A stretch of DNA of 59,372 nt, the filler included. It is 6 parts of 6 records of this genome, joined end to end, with 100 filler letters (N's around TTAATTAATTAA, not from the genome) between each part and the next. Parts side by side here need not be neighbours in the genome. Positions count along the whole stretch, not along the records: positions 32,763 to 44,522 come from SRR31147125_52; positions 44,623 to 59,372 come from SRR31147125_55; 4 more parts are not named here. One strand, given 5' to 3'. Numbering within the stretch: the stretch's first letter is position 1; each line of letters begins with the position of its first letter. Of this stretch, positions 43,682 to 53,927 are shown piece after piece. The notes beneath the pieces are model-generated. The model saw only the letters and a program-made list of their open reading frames with translations, was not told the DNA's origin and searched no databases. A program made the position numbers and the translations under genes.

Positions 43682-44082
43682 ATGGGATTATTTGAGTTAT
43701 TGAAAAGAAAAAGTACCGGAGAGTTGCGGAACGCATCGGACTAAAAGTCATATTCCGATTTAAACATGGAGAGGAAAAACCCAGCTCTGGAGTTTTAAAA
43801 GATATTTCAACTCAGGGCTTCGGGTTTTCAGCAGCCGGAGAGATGAAAAAGGGCAATGAGATCGATACCGAAATTCAAGTCAGCTGCAAAACGTGTGATC
43901 GAGATCACAAGGAAATCCATCTGAAGGAAAAAGCCGTGATCAAGTGGGTCTCTTCCAATCGCTCCATAAAACTGGTAGATTATGATGCCGGATGCGAGTT
44001 TGTCGGTCAGAAGAACATATCAAAAAAAAAATTAGCCACCGTACTCCGGATCTTGAAATCTTCAGCAAAAGAGAATTCCTGA
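43682..44082 (+). CDS. PilZ-domain protein, ~133 aa; 1-nt frameshift in the A-run near 43710
   Basis: RRVAER (RxxxR) and DISTQG (DxSxxG) lie in frame upstream of the listed ORF 43843; C-terminal AGCEF. Confidence 0.75.
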
Positions 44083-44202
44083 TGTTATATTCTCACTTCA
44101 ATCCCTTACCCTAATTTTTTTATCTCTTGAACCGCCTCAATGAAATGTGCCTATATTCACATTTATTACGCCTTCTCTTTCTCCATCCGCCATTGAGCTT
44201 GT

Positions 44203-44522
44203 TTACGGCACTTCGCCAATATCCAACTCTTTATGAATCACATCTGTGGCGGCGAGAAGCAGGATGGGTGGTGCAAAATTCACCAAGTCGGCTGCTTTTA
44301 GATTAAACTCGATGAGAAACTGCTCTCCGGTGTCCATGGGAAGATCCGCAGGCGCTTTCCCTTCAAGGATTTCCACTGCATAGCGGGCAGACTGTTTTCC
44401 AAACTCATGGATATCCCTTCCGATCCCCATAATGATTCCTTGCTTGATATACATGGGATCTCCGGCACTAAATGTTTGATATTTGACAAATGCATTTCGG
44501 AAAATATCAAAATTCTTGAAAA
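44203..44522 (-). CDS. ABC-type substrate-binding protein (aromatic amino acid sensor type), C-terminal fragment
   Basis: GKQSARYAVEILEGKAPADLP...FNLKAA; frame open to the contig edge. Confidence 0.72.
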
Positions 44523-44622
44523 NNNNNNNNNNNNNNNNNNNNNNNNNNNNNNNNNNNNNNNNNNNNTTAATTAATTAANNNNNNNNNNNNNNNNNNNNNN
44601 NNNNNNNNNNNNNNNNNNNNNN
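44523..44622. other. artificial contig spacer
   Basis: N-run with TTAATTAATTAA. Confidence 0.98.
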
Positions 44623-45267
44623 TTTTGTCTGCAGACTATGATAATTCATTTTTTGACGAGCTTCTTTAAGGCTCATACCCTGTTTCAGCATTGATACTAT
44701 TGCATCTTCCTTTTCTGTAATTTCCTTAGCTGCTTCAAGAATTTCATCAGCTCTCTTGTCAGGTATTACAATTACCCCGCTGTCATCTCCCAGAATGATA
44801 TCGCCTGGACAAACCTGAACATTGGATATTGATACTGGTATACCAATATTATCAACATATACACGGTCTTTCCCGGTAACCATATAGTAATCACGACTGA
44901 ACATCGGATATTCCAACTGCCTTATAACTGATATGTCTCTACACACCCCATCTATCAATGTCCCGGCAATATTTTTCTGCCGAGCGCACAGAGTCATAAT
45001 TCCTCCCCAGACTGTACAGTCAATCCGCCCTCCGTTATCGATGACAACAACGTCACCCTCATCTACATCGTCAAGATAATCCCCAACAGTACCGCTTAGC
45101 TGTCCGCTAGGTGTATAATGCACAGTAAACGCACGGCCACACATCTGTATACCGGGTTTTAACGGCTTAATCCCTTTCAACCCGCATACAATACCCAATC
45201 TATCCATTGCATCAGAGACGCAAGTTGTCTCCAGATGTTTAAATCCCTCAACTTGTAAATCCTTCAT
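44623..45267 (-). CDS. RraA / HMG-CHA aldolase family protein 3 (stop lost at contig edge)
   Basis: VSDAMD, DNGGR..TVWGG, IDGVCRD, PGDIILGDDSGV. Confidence 0.9.
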
Positions 45268-45320
45268 CTCCCCTCCCTGTTCTGATATCCAGAATGCAAT
45301 AATCTTTTAATGTATATTTG

Positions 45321-45941
45321 TCATTTAATTGAATCTATTTTCGAAAAACGATAAATTTCCAGAGTCGTTTTCCCTTCAGATAGCTCTTTTTTCACTTTTA
45401 TCTCATGCGCAACAATTCCTTTTGCTTTTCTAAATACGTTTTCTGCATTCTCTTGTTCCACCACAACAACACCATCCCGATCAGCAACAACGATATCACC
45501 CGTGCTGATCAAAACCCCACCGCATGAAATCGGACATCCAATTTCACCAATCGAATCCTTTACAGTTCCGCCTGGATTAACTGATCGTGAAAAGACCGGA
45601 AAATCCATCTCCTCAAGATCTGATGCATCTCTGCACCCTCCATCGATAATTAATCCAAGAATACCTTTAGCCTGACATGCGGAAGCCATTATTTCACCAA
45701 AATGACCAGCTTCAGTATATCCTCCAGCATCAACTACCAACACAGACCCGGCAGGTGCTTCCTGTATAGCTATATGAATTGTCAGATTGTCACGAGAAGA
45801 ACTTTTTACGGTGAAGGCTGGACCGGCTACTGCTGCAGTTGGATATACCGGTCTAATATATGACTTCATATTTCCAGACTTATTATTTGCGTCACAAACA
45901 TTACCAGTCGGTATGCCGTTAAACTCCTGACCATTAATCAT
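45321..45941 (-). CDS. RraA / HMG-CHA aldolase family protein 2
   Basis: TGNVCDA, DNLTIH, GHFGEIMA, IDGGCRD, GDIVVADRDGV; RBS GGAGGTGA before ATG 45941. Confidence 0.9.
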   Translation of the reverse strand: MINGQEFNGIPTGNVCDANNKSGNMKSYIRPVYPTAAVAGPAFTVKSSSRDNLTIHIAIQEAPAGSVLVVDAGGYTEAGHFGEIMASACQAKGILGLIIDGGCRDASDLEEMDFPVFSRSVNPGGTVKDSIGEIGCPISCGGVLISTGDIVVADRDGVVVVEQENAENVFRKAKGIVAHEIKVKKELSEGKTTLEIYRFSKIDSIK

Positions 45942-46014
45942 AATACTCACCTCCCCGGAAAACTTATATAATATTTTCTCTGTCAACAGACCCGCTTGGT
46001 ATTCAACCAGATTT

Positions 46015-46689
46015 TCAATTGTCAGATTCCTTTTCCAGCATTGATTCGTACCTGAATTGCGAATCAACTTCCAGCATGGATTTTCCACTATAGAGGGCAT
46101 CAAGCATTTGCTGCTCCTTCAGAAGGAACTTTTCAGCCTGTGAAATTGTTTCCTCAATATATTCCTGTGGTATAATAACCACGCCACTCATATCCCCGAC
46201 TACTATATCCCCGGGACGTACTTGTACTCCCCCAAATTGAATCAAGACATTCGTTGCCTCTTCCATAACTCGTTTTCGGGCTGTTTGCACTACAGCACCT
46301 CTTGCATAAACCGGAAAATCAATTTCAACATAATCATCGACATCTCGACAGGCTCCATCGATAACTACTCCCGACACTCCCTTGAGCTTAGCTCCGTTTG
46401 CCAGAATTCCACCCCAGCAGGATGCATCCAATCGCCCGCCATTATCTACGACAATGACATCGCCAGTTTCAGCCGCCTCTATTGCTTCCACGCCAAGGTG
46501 GTGCTTGCTCGGAGTAACTCCTGCTGCTGCAATTTTCAAAGTCACGGCAGAACCGATGATTTTTTTCGCCTTGTGGAACATCGGGCCAATACCCCATGTG
46601 GCACCTTTTAGCCCCAATGAATCCAAAGCATCGGAAATATTTGTGGTTGCAAGCTTTTCCAGCCTTTCTCTGAACTTTTTATCAAGCAT
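46015..46689 (-). CDS. RraA / HMG-CHA aldolase family protein 1
   Basis: TNISDALD, SCWGG, IDGACRD, RPGDIVVGDMSGV. Confidence 0.9.
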   Translation of the reverse strand: MLDKKFRERLEKLATTNISDALDSLGLKGATWGIGPMFHKAKKIIGSAVTLKIAAAGVTPSKHHLGVEAIEAAETGDVIVVDNGGRLDASCWGGILANGAKLKGVSGVVIDGACRDVDDYVEIDFPVYARGAVVQTARKRVMEEATNVLIQFGGVQVRPGDIVVGDMSGVVIIPQEYIEETISQAEKFLLKEQQMLDALYSGKSMLEVDSQFRYESMLEKESDN

Positions 46690-46736
46690 ATTTTTCCTCC
46701 ATGAAACACAAAACCAGTACTTATCTAATTACCAAT

Positions 46737-47156
46737 TTACATGATGCGTACAATTCCATTATCCGCATCAACCGCTACCCAGTCGCCTGTCTTCAGGCAT
46801 GCAATCGGATCTTCATTACATCTATCTATTGTTGGGATTTCGGCAATAATGCAGCCAATAGCCGTAACTTGTTCAATGTTCCTGTTAATCATCGCGCAAG
46901 GAGCAACCCCGTTTTCTGCCGATTCAAATATCAGATAAGACCCTCCTGTTGAACCCTTACCGGTAGGGAAGACAAGAACTTTATCAGCAATACTTTCCCC
47001 GTACAGGGGGTGTCCTTTTTCCGTAATTATCCCTGTTTTTACATCCACCCCTCCGAGAAAACAAATCGGTTTGTTCGTAACTAAAGCTTCTCCTTCTGCA
47101 TACCCCGGGATTATTGATCGTCCTTTAATTGTTTTTTTTATGGTTTTCTGATTCAT
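46737..47156 (-). CDS. aconitase X swivel-domain (small) subunit, DUF126
   Basis: EGEALV, FLGGVD..TG, HPLYGESIADKVLVFPTGKGSTGGS. Confidence 0.9.
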   Translation of the reverse strand: MNQKTIKKTIKGRSIIPGYAEGEALVTNKPICFLGGVDVKTGIITEKGHPLYGESIADKVLVFPTGKGSTGGSYLIFESAENGVAPCAMINRNIEQVTAIGCIIAEIPTIDRCNEDPIACLKTGDWVAVDADNGIVRIM

Positions 47157-48396
47157 CTACATCTCTCCAACTGCCGTTCTAACACAATCCGAGATTTCTC
47201 TATAATAGACTGGAAAATCCCATTGCCCAGGTGCATAATGAGCCAGTTTAGCGGAATTTGTCATCATAGCAGGAGCTTTCAGTTTTTCCTGAACGCTTTT
47301 CATTGCCGCCAGGACCGGGCATGTGTCGGTTATAATTTTACCTCCAGCATGTTCAATAATATCCAGATATCCGCACCGCTGAGCATATTCCTTAATCACC
47401 GAAGAGGTCATAACCCAAAACTCAATCCCGGATTGTATGTGCTTATCCGTCAATAGACGTGCAACTGCCTCAATTTCTGTTATTGATGCATGGGGGCAGC
47501 CTAAAGCAATAAGCCCAACTTTTTCTTTATTCGCTTTGGAAAGCGCCTCCCTGCTTTCTTCTAACTCGGTTTTTCCAAAACAGATCGTCTTTTCCGGTGG
47601 AATTCCTTGATATGGCATTTTTTCATTTATTGCCTCCGGCGTAATCCCAACAATGTGATAAAGAGCGACAGACCCGGAGGATGCCAATGCGGCACTAAGC
47701 ATTTTCAAATTATCAGTTGAAATATTCATGTATGTATCAAGACCATGAAAAACCGGAACCCCGCTCTCAACGATTTTCCCAACATAATATCCCATTGCTC
47801 CAAAATCACTTATAGATGAAAGGTTCGTATCAACCTGAACACGTACCGTGCCTCGGCGGTTTTCATCAAGGTGATACCCAAACGCTGCCACACGCCCCAC
47901 CAGAGCCGCCGCCAGCGCCGAAGGCCCTCCCTCTGTTTGATCGGGCCCCTATAACGGAATTTACGAAAGCAACCGCCGAAGACTCTCCCCATGCTACGTG
48001 CTCTCCAAATCTGGGAATATTGCCAATAAGATATGGAGAACATGTATGACAAGGGAGTGCTCCCATATGACAATAAGCATCTGTCAGTCTTCGTTGGGAA
48101 GCATACGTATCCCCCTTAAATCCTAAAGCATCCCACTGGTTAAAATCCAGTGCTGCGGTATTAAGAGTTGTTGCTGTCTTGAAATATCCATCAGCTTGTT
48201 TCATTTTCTCAACAAATTTCAATCCAGCCATTCCAGACACCACAATCGATGATCCCGGCATATGTGTATTTGAAATAGGAATAAGATGCTCTGCATCATA
48301 GATTTCCCCAAGCTTCACAATTATTTCCAGAGCTTTTTGGTATGGATATCCCATTTCTCCCTGCAGTATTCTCTTTTCTTCATCAGTTAAAATCAT
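47157..48396 (-). CDS. aconitase X catalytic (large) subunit, DUF521, ~413 aa; indel near 47930
   Basis: TCSPY, AWGESSAVAFVNSVIGARSNR, then in the shifted frame GPSALAAALVGR, YHIVGITPEA, LGCPHAS, TDTCPV, TNSAK. Confidence 0.88.
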
Positions 48397-48433
48397 GTAA
48401 TTTCCTGTCTGGTTAATTCTCTATCAAAAATAT

Positions 48434-49093
48434 TCATTGTGATAAAAGCAGTTTGCACTGCTCTATCGCGTTTTCTTTAACATTGTATAGATGAGCAGTG
48501 AGCAGGCACTGTGCTCTTTCCGGATTTCGTGTTTTCACAGCCTTCAGAATTTCAATGTGTTCGTTTCTTGAATTCATCATTCTGTTTTTTTTCAGTGACC
48601 CAATATTCCTTAATCTCTCCACCTGAGCAGAGAGATTAGCTAAGATTTTCTGAAGTCGCTGATTACCACTATTTGAAATAATGAGTTCATGTAATTCTCT
48701 ATCAACATTAATAAAATCTTTCACTGGATGAGTCTCATCTATCTCTTTCAGTCGTGCCAGCAGGGCGTTAATATCAGTATCACAAATTCTGTTGATTGAT
48801 TCCTTCAAAGCCAATCCTTCGAGTGTTATTCGCAAAGTGTATACTTCTTCAACGTCTTGAATAGTTATAGGATTGACACACGTGCTATGGTTTCGCTTAT
48901 GAATAACCAAACCTTCTGATTCAAGACGTTTTAAAGCTTCTCTCAAAGGAGTTCTGCTAACTCCCGTGATATTTGATATTTCACTTTCCGAGATTACCTG
49001 ACCAGGTTTTAGTGAATTAGTTGTTATCTGATGGTAGAGATATTGATATACAATTTCTTTTTTATTCAAGTGATGGATATGTTCATTTTTCAT
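48434..49093 (-). CDS. GntR family regulator (FadR/FCD type)
   Basis: wHTH GVSRTPLREALKRLESEGLV; FCD DRELHELI...SGN...EHIEI. Confidence 0.92.
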   Translation of the reverse strand: MKNEHIHHLNKKEIVYQYLYHQITTNSLKPGQVISESEISNITGVSRTPLREALKRLESEGLVIHKRNHSTCVNPITIQDVEEVYTLRITLEGLALKESINRICDTDINALLARLKEIDETHPVKDFINVDRELHELIISNSGNQRLQKILANLSAQVERLRNIGSLKKNRMMNSRNEHIEILKAVKTRNPERAQCLLTAHLYNVKENAIEQCKLLLSQ

Positions 49094-49131
49094 ATTGTAT
49101 ACAATTGTAGCAGGATAATTGATTTATGTAA
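49094..49131 (-). promoter_or_regulatory. gntR promoter with overlapping palindromic operator ATTGTATACAAT
   Basis: TTTACA-17 nt-TACAAT (TGn extended); palindrome directly before the ATG; second TTGTATACAA at 49266-49275. Confidence 0.65.
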
Positions 49132-49331
49132 ACATAAAATAATACAAGATTTTTTATATTTATATGGAAATGGTGTTTATTTTGTTTTTGTATATGTATT
49201 TATTTGCTTTGTCTAAAACATGTCTGTGCCGAACTGTTTTTTGTTGTAATACTAAAACCTATGTGTTGTATACAATCAAGAAAGAACTTCCTTAATTACT
49301 CTCAGATACACCTTGCTGGTTTTGTCCAGCA

Positions 49332-50837
49332 TCAATCCCTAAAACCCTTCGGCACCTTACGCACCGGATATGCCTGCTCCAGGGCATAAGCAATCTCAAT
49401 CAGACGCTTCTCTGAAAACGGCTGACCGATCAACGTGGTCCCAATCGGCAGACCGCTTATATATCCAGCAGGCAGGGTGATGGATGGATAACCGGAAACC
49501 GCAGCCGGGCTTGAGTTCCCGCCCGTGTATCGATCGCCATTCACATGATCTATCTTCCAGGCCGGACCATTCGATGGGGCCGCCAGAACATCAACATTCT
49601 TTTCTCTGAACAAGAATCCCAGTCCTTCGATATCCGCGGCGCGTTTGCACGTCTCCAAGGCATCCAGATATTCTTTATCGGTTAATGAACCTTTTTCCTG
49701 AGCTTGTTTGAAAAGCTCCTGGTCGAAGTGCGGCATGATCGTATCCGCGAATTTTTCATTGTACGCGATCAATTCCTCAAGAGAACGCGGACAGTCTCCA
49801 AGCGCTCCCGAACGTACTTTGAGAAATTCATTCAACCCGGCTTTAAATTCGTATAGTAGAACCGTCAGTTCGGCATCGCCATTTTTCCCGACATTGGGAA
49901 AGCTGCACTCTTCAACAACCACTGCCCCAGCCTGTCTCATGGCAGCAATATGCTGATCGAACACTTCATCAACTCTGGGGTCAAACCTTCCAAGATTATC
50001 CAGAATTCCAATACGAACGTCTTTCAGCGAAGCTTTTCCCAACCCGGCAGCCAGTATCTCATTACCGGATTCATTCCTGGAATAGTCCGCATATCGCTTC
50101 GTAACTGTATCATTTTCATCGTATCCAGATAGAACTTCCAAAACGATAGCAGCATCTTCCACGCATGTAGCCATCGGACCTGCCGTATCCTGGGCGGCGG
50201 CAATCGGGATGATTCCCGAACGGCTGACCCTGCCCATTGTTGGTTTTATGCCTACCAGTGAGTTTATTGAAGAAGGGCAGATGATTGATCCGTCGGTCTC
50301 CGTCCCTATGGCAACCGGTACTATTCCCGCAGCCACAGCGACTGCTGATCCCGAGCTGGATCCGCAGGGAGATCGGGTAATGTCATAGGGATTCCTGCAC
50401 TGTCCCCCTCTGCTGCTCCACCCGCTTGATGATTTTGTCGACCTGAAATTCGCCCATTCACTCAGATTGGTTTTCGCTATAATAATCGCACCAGCTTTTC
50501 GCAACTGCTTAACGATATACGCGTCCTTCTGCGCCCGATAACCGTTTAAGGCAAGAGAACCGGCCGTAGTCTGCATTCCATCGGTTGTCTCAATATTGTC
50601 TTTAACTGCCACCGGAATACCATGCAGCAAACTGCGCGGACCGGTCTTCCGGCGTTCCGCGTCCAGCTCCGCAGCGATTTCCAAAGTCTTCTCACATACC
50701 TCGATAACAGCCCGCAATTCGGGACCTGAGGCATTCCACATTTCGATCTTTCGCAGAGATTCGCGGCACAGTTCCACCGATGTCAGGCTGCCCGTTTCCA
50801 TCTTTTCCTGTATTTGGGTAATGGTCAGGTTATTCAT
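49332..50837 (-). CDS. amidase signature family enzyme
   Basis: HGIPVAVKDNI, CGSSSGSAVAVAAG, GTETDGSI. Confidence 0.93.
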   Translation of the reverse strand: MNNLTITQIQEKMETGSLTSVELCRESLRKIEMWNASGPELRAVIEVCEKTLEIAAELDAERRKTGPRSLLHGIPVAVKDNIETTDGMQTTAGSLALNGYRAQKDAYIVKQLRKAGAIIIAKTNLSEWANFRSTKSSSGWSSRGGQCRNPYDITRSPCGSSSGSAVAVAAGIVPVAIGTETDGSIICPSSINSLVGIKPTMGRVSRSGIIPIAAAQDTAGPMATCVEDAAIVLEVLSGYDENDTVTKRYADYSRNESGNEILAAGLGKASLKDVRIGILDNLGRFDPRVDEVFDQHIAAMRQAGAVVVEECSFPNVGKNGDAELTVLLYEFKAGLNEFLKVRSGALGDCPRSLEELIAYNEKFADTIMPHFDQELFKQAQEKGSLTDKEYLDALETCKRAADIEGLGFLFREKNVDVLAAPSNGPAWKIDHVNGDRYTGGNSSPAAVSGYPSITLPAGYISGLPIGTTLIGQPFSEKRLIEIAYALEQAYPVRKVPKGFRD

Positions 50838-50895
50838 ATAATGTATCCCGCTTTAATAATTGATAATCAACTATGATTAACAACGCTTAATTTGT

Positions 50896-52329
50896 TTACA
50901 ACTGTGTTACTGCTCTACTTTGTGGAAAATTAAAGTACTTCAATGCGTTGTGATAACTGATATCCTGAATAATAGATCCCAAGAGGTCATAGTCTTCCGG
51001 GACTTCACCATTCGCTGCCCAGCATCCGAAAATATTGCAGAGAATTCTTCGAAAGTATTCGTGTCTTGTATACGATAGGAAGCTGCGTGAATCCGTAACC
51101 ATTCCAACAAATGCAGAAAGTATTCCCAGATTGGCAAGCGTCGTCATCTGCTTTTCCATGCCCGTTTTCTGATCATTAAACCACCAGCCGCTACCGAACT
51201 GAATTTTACCGGCAATTGAACCATCCTGAAAATTACCAGCTAACGCGGCTATGGTGTCATTATCTGCCGGATTGAGATTGTACAAAATTGTTTTCGGCAG
51301 ATCATTGGTTTTATCAAGCGAATCTAATAATCTCGATAACGGGAAGGCTATGGCACCGTCGGAGATCGAATCAAATCCCGAATCTCCGCCAAGTTTCTGA
51401 AACATTCTGCTGCTGTTATTCCGCATGGCACTAATATGCAGCTGCATTGTCCACCCTTTTTTCGCATGTTGTCTGCCAAGAAACTGTATAACAGCCGTTT
51501 TGTATTGCGCCGTCTGCTTACCGGTAAGCGGTTCTCCGGTTCTGGCCGTTAAGAAAATATCCTCAACCTCTTTTTCGGTATACTCTTCGAATTCCGGAAT
51601 CGATAATGAGTAGTCCGACAAACGGCAGCCGTTTTCATGAAAATAATCGTGCCGAATTTCGAGGGCTTCAAGCAAATCCCGGTAACTGCTGATCTCTATA
51701 GCGGCGGCTTCTCCAAGTGCCTGTACATACTGGTTGAACAGTTCAGGCTTATCAATTGCCAAAGCCTTATCGGGTCTAAATGTCGGATAGACTATAAAAG
51801 GAGTATCCGCGGCGGACTGTATCGCTTTATGGTGCTCCAATGAATCTACGGGGTCATCGGTAGTGCAGATTATCCGTACGTCCATTGATGTAATAATTCC
51901 CCTTGCGGAAAAACTATCCATGGCCAACTTATTACTGATCTCTTTCCAGGCTCTTTCAGCGGTTTGCTCATTCAAGACATACGAATCTATCCCGAATGGT
52001 TTTTTCATTTCCAGGTGTGTCCAGTGATAGAGGGGATTTCCAATTGTTTTCGGAACGCAGGCAGCCCAGGCCTTGAATTTCTCCCAATCTGAAGCGTTGC
52101 CGGTTATGTAGTTTTCATCTACACCCAAACCGCGCATTGCTCGCCATTTATAATGATCTCCCTTCAGCCATATCTCCGTGGGATTGGAAAATCTTTTGTC
52201 ATTTCCTATTTCATCCGGCGGAAGGTGGCAATGGTAGTCGATAATCGGCATTTTCTCGGCATAATCGTGGTAGAGTTTTTCTGATATGTGATTCTGCAGT
52301 AAAAAGTTCTCTGTGAGAAAAGTAGGCAT
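50896..52329 (-). CDS. uxaC: glucuronate (uronate) isomerase
   Basis: IIDYHCHL, GDHYKWRAMR, GNPLYHWTHLE, CTTDDP, GSGWWFND, GMVTDSRSFLSYTRHEYFRR. Confidence 0.96.
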   Translation of the reverse strand: MPTFLTENFLLQNHISEKLYHDYAEKMPIIDYHCHLPPDEIGNDKRFSNPTEIWLKGDHYKWRAMRGLGVDENYITGNASDWEKFKAWAACVPKTIGNPLYHWTHLEMKKPFGIDSYVLNEQTAERAWKEISNKLAMDSFSARGIITSMDVRIICTTDDPVDSLEHHKAIQSAADTPFIVYPTFRPDKALAIDKPELFNQYVQALGEAAAIEISSYRDLLEALEIRHDYFHENGCRLSDYSLSIPEFEEYTEKEVEDIFLTARTGEPLTGKQTAQYKTAVIQFLGRQHAKKGWTMQLHISAMRNNSSRMFQKLGGDSGFDSISDGAIAFPLSRLLDSLDKTNDLPKTILYNLNPADNDTIAALAGNFQDGSIAGKIQFGSGWWFNDQKTGMEKQMTTLANLGILSAFVGMVTDSRSFLSYTRHEYFRRILCNIFGCWAANGEVPEDYDLLGSIIQDISYHNALKYFNFPQSRAVTQL

Positions 52330-52600
52330 ACCCTGTTCCTTCAGCAAACAAATTGCTTCAACGATGTTACCACATATTACCTTGTATGCATTTCCCAGAC
52401 AACCAATTTATTGATAATTGCAAACTCAGAAAACTATCCCCATTTTTGACTCGGGATTACCAAAAGGTATCCTGTTGAGTGATGTAATTAAGGGTGTGGA
52501 TTAATTGCTTGAGCCTTAATTTATACAGGTTCAGAAATTACATTATCACTACTAAAAGATCCAATCTATAATCCTGATGAAGTAGTCTTAATTTGAACGA

Positions 52601-53156
52601 TTAGGTCTCTACATCAAAAAGGAGAGTTTTCATAAAAATATCCAAAAATTCAGCTTCATAGTCAGCTTCTGAGGAGATGATTTCTATCAGCGGGAAAAGA
52701 CTGAAAAAAATCAGACGCATATTGATCTCAGCGTTGTCAAAACGAAAGGGTGTCGAAGACTGAAGAATGTGCAAAAAATGACCAAATTCTTTAAGAAAGG
52801 AAGCATGCAGCTCAGAAAAATTTTCGATCCCCTCCTTTTGAATACTCCGGAAAAGTGATATCAGCCCGGGCGAAGTCTTACAAAATCTCAAACAAAAATC
52901 AGTCAGAGCCTCCACACCTGTATCCGATTTAGAAATCTCTTTAATCTCCTCAATAGCCTTCTCCAGCTGAGGGTCAATCACGGCATGGAGGATATCGAGC
53001 TTATCACTAAAGTGGTAATACACCGTTCGCCTTGCAAGTCCAGCGTGTTCAGCGATCTGATCAAATGTAGTTGCAGTTATTCCGTTTTTAACAAATTCGG
53101 ATAGTGCCGCATCTATTATCGTTTTTTTTGTTCTGTTCTTCTTTTGTTTCCCGCAT
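52601..53156 (-). CDS. TetR/AcrR family regulator, ~184 aa; 1-nt indel just after the start codon
   Basis: Upstream frame reads KKTIIDAALSEFVKNGITATTFDQIAEHAGLARRTVYYHFSDK. Confidence 0.85.
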
Positions 53157-53190
53157 ATAACCCTTGATCAATCTATTAGAAACATATAAA

Positions 53191-53239
53191 TTGCACAGAA
53201 GTGTGCAAATTTGCACAAAGTTATGCAATTAATTATACA
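53191..53239 (+). promoter_or_regulatory. tandem TetR-type operators overlapping the promoter of the divergent operon
   Basis: TTGCACAGAAGTGTGCAA (53191) and TTGCACAAAGTTATGCAA (53211); TTGCAC-17 nt-TATACA. Confidence 0.7.
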
Positions 53240-53249
53240 GGAGTATACC

Positions 53250-53927
53250 ATGAGTGTAAATAATCTGATGGAAATCAGTTTCAACATCGCCTACCTAGCA
53301 ATAATTTATGTAATCGTAGTAGTAATGGCGGTTAAATATAAAAAAGGTCTGGCCGGAAACAAAAAAGTAAGCAGCTTATTCATTTTCGCCTGTATACTGC
53401 TCGCAGTCGGCGATACGGGACATGTGGGGTTCAGGGTAATTGCCTACCTGAACGGCGGGTTAGAAGCAAATAGTATGCTTATCGGGGCAGGAAACCTTGC
53501 TACAGCATTGACAGTGACCATTTTCTACATGCTGATGTTTGAACTCCTGCGGGTTTACACCGATAAGAATCGCAGCCCTGTATACTGGTTAATTATATTT
53601 CTCGGTCTCGCAAGAATCATCTTTATGCTCTTCCCCGGAAACAACTGGAGCGGTGAAACACCTCTGACATATTCGTATATACGAAATGCCATACTTACAT
53701 TAATGGGCATTATCACCGCAGTCTTATATCTCCGTGAGGGTATAGCAAAAAAAGACGGTACTCTTAAACTATTTGCTGCCTTCATTTTTATTTCTTATGG
53801 ATTTTATCTTCCGGTAATTCTCTTTGTTCATCTTGTTCCGATGATCGGAATGCTGATGATACCCAAAACATGCGCCTATATCGCTGTTGCAATAGTTGGA
53901 TGTAAACGCTTGTTCAAAAAGAATTAA
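53250..53927 (+). CDS. conserved ~7-TM membrane protein
   Basis: LLAVGDTGHVGFRV and GMLMIPKT motifs; RBS AGGAG before ATG 53250. Confidence 0.75.
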   Translation: MSVNNLMEISFNIAYLAIIYVIVVVMAVKYKKGLAGNKKVSSLFIFACILLAVGDTGHVGFRVIAYLNGGLEANSMLIGAGNLATALTVTIFYMLMFELLRVYTDKNRSPVYWLIIFLGLARIIFMLFPGNNWSGETPLTYSYIRNAILTLMGIITAVLYLREGIAKKDGTLKLFAAFIFISYGFYLPVILFVHLVPMIGMLMIPKTCAYIAVAIVGCKRLFKKN

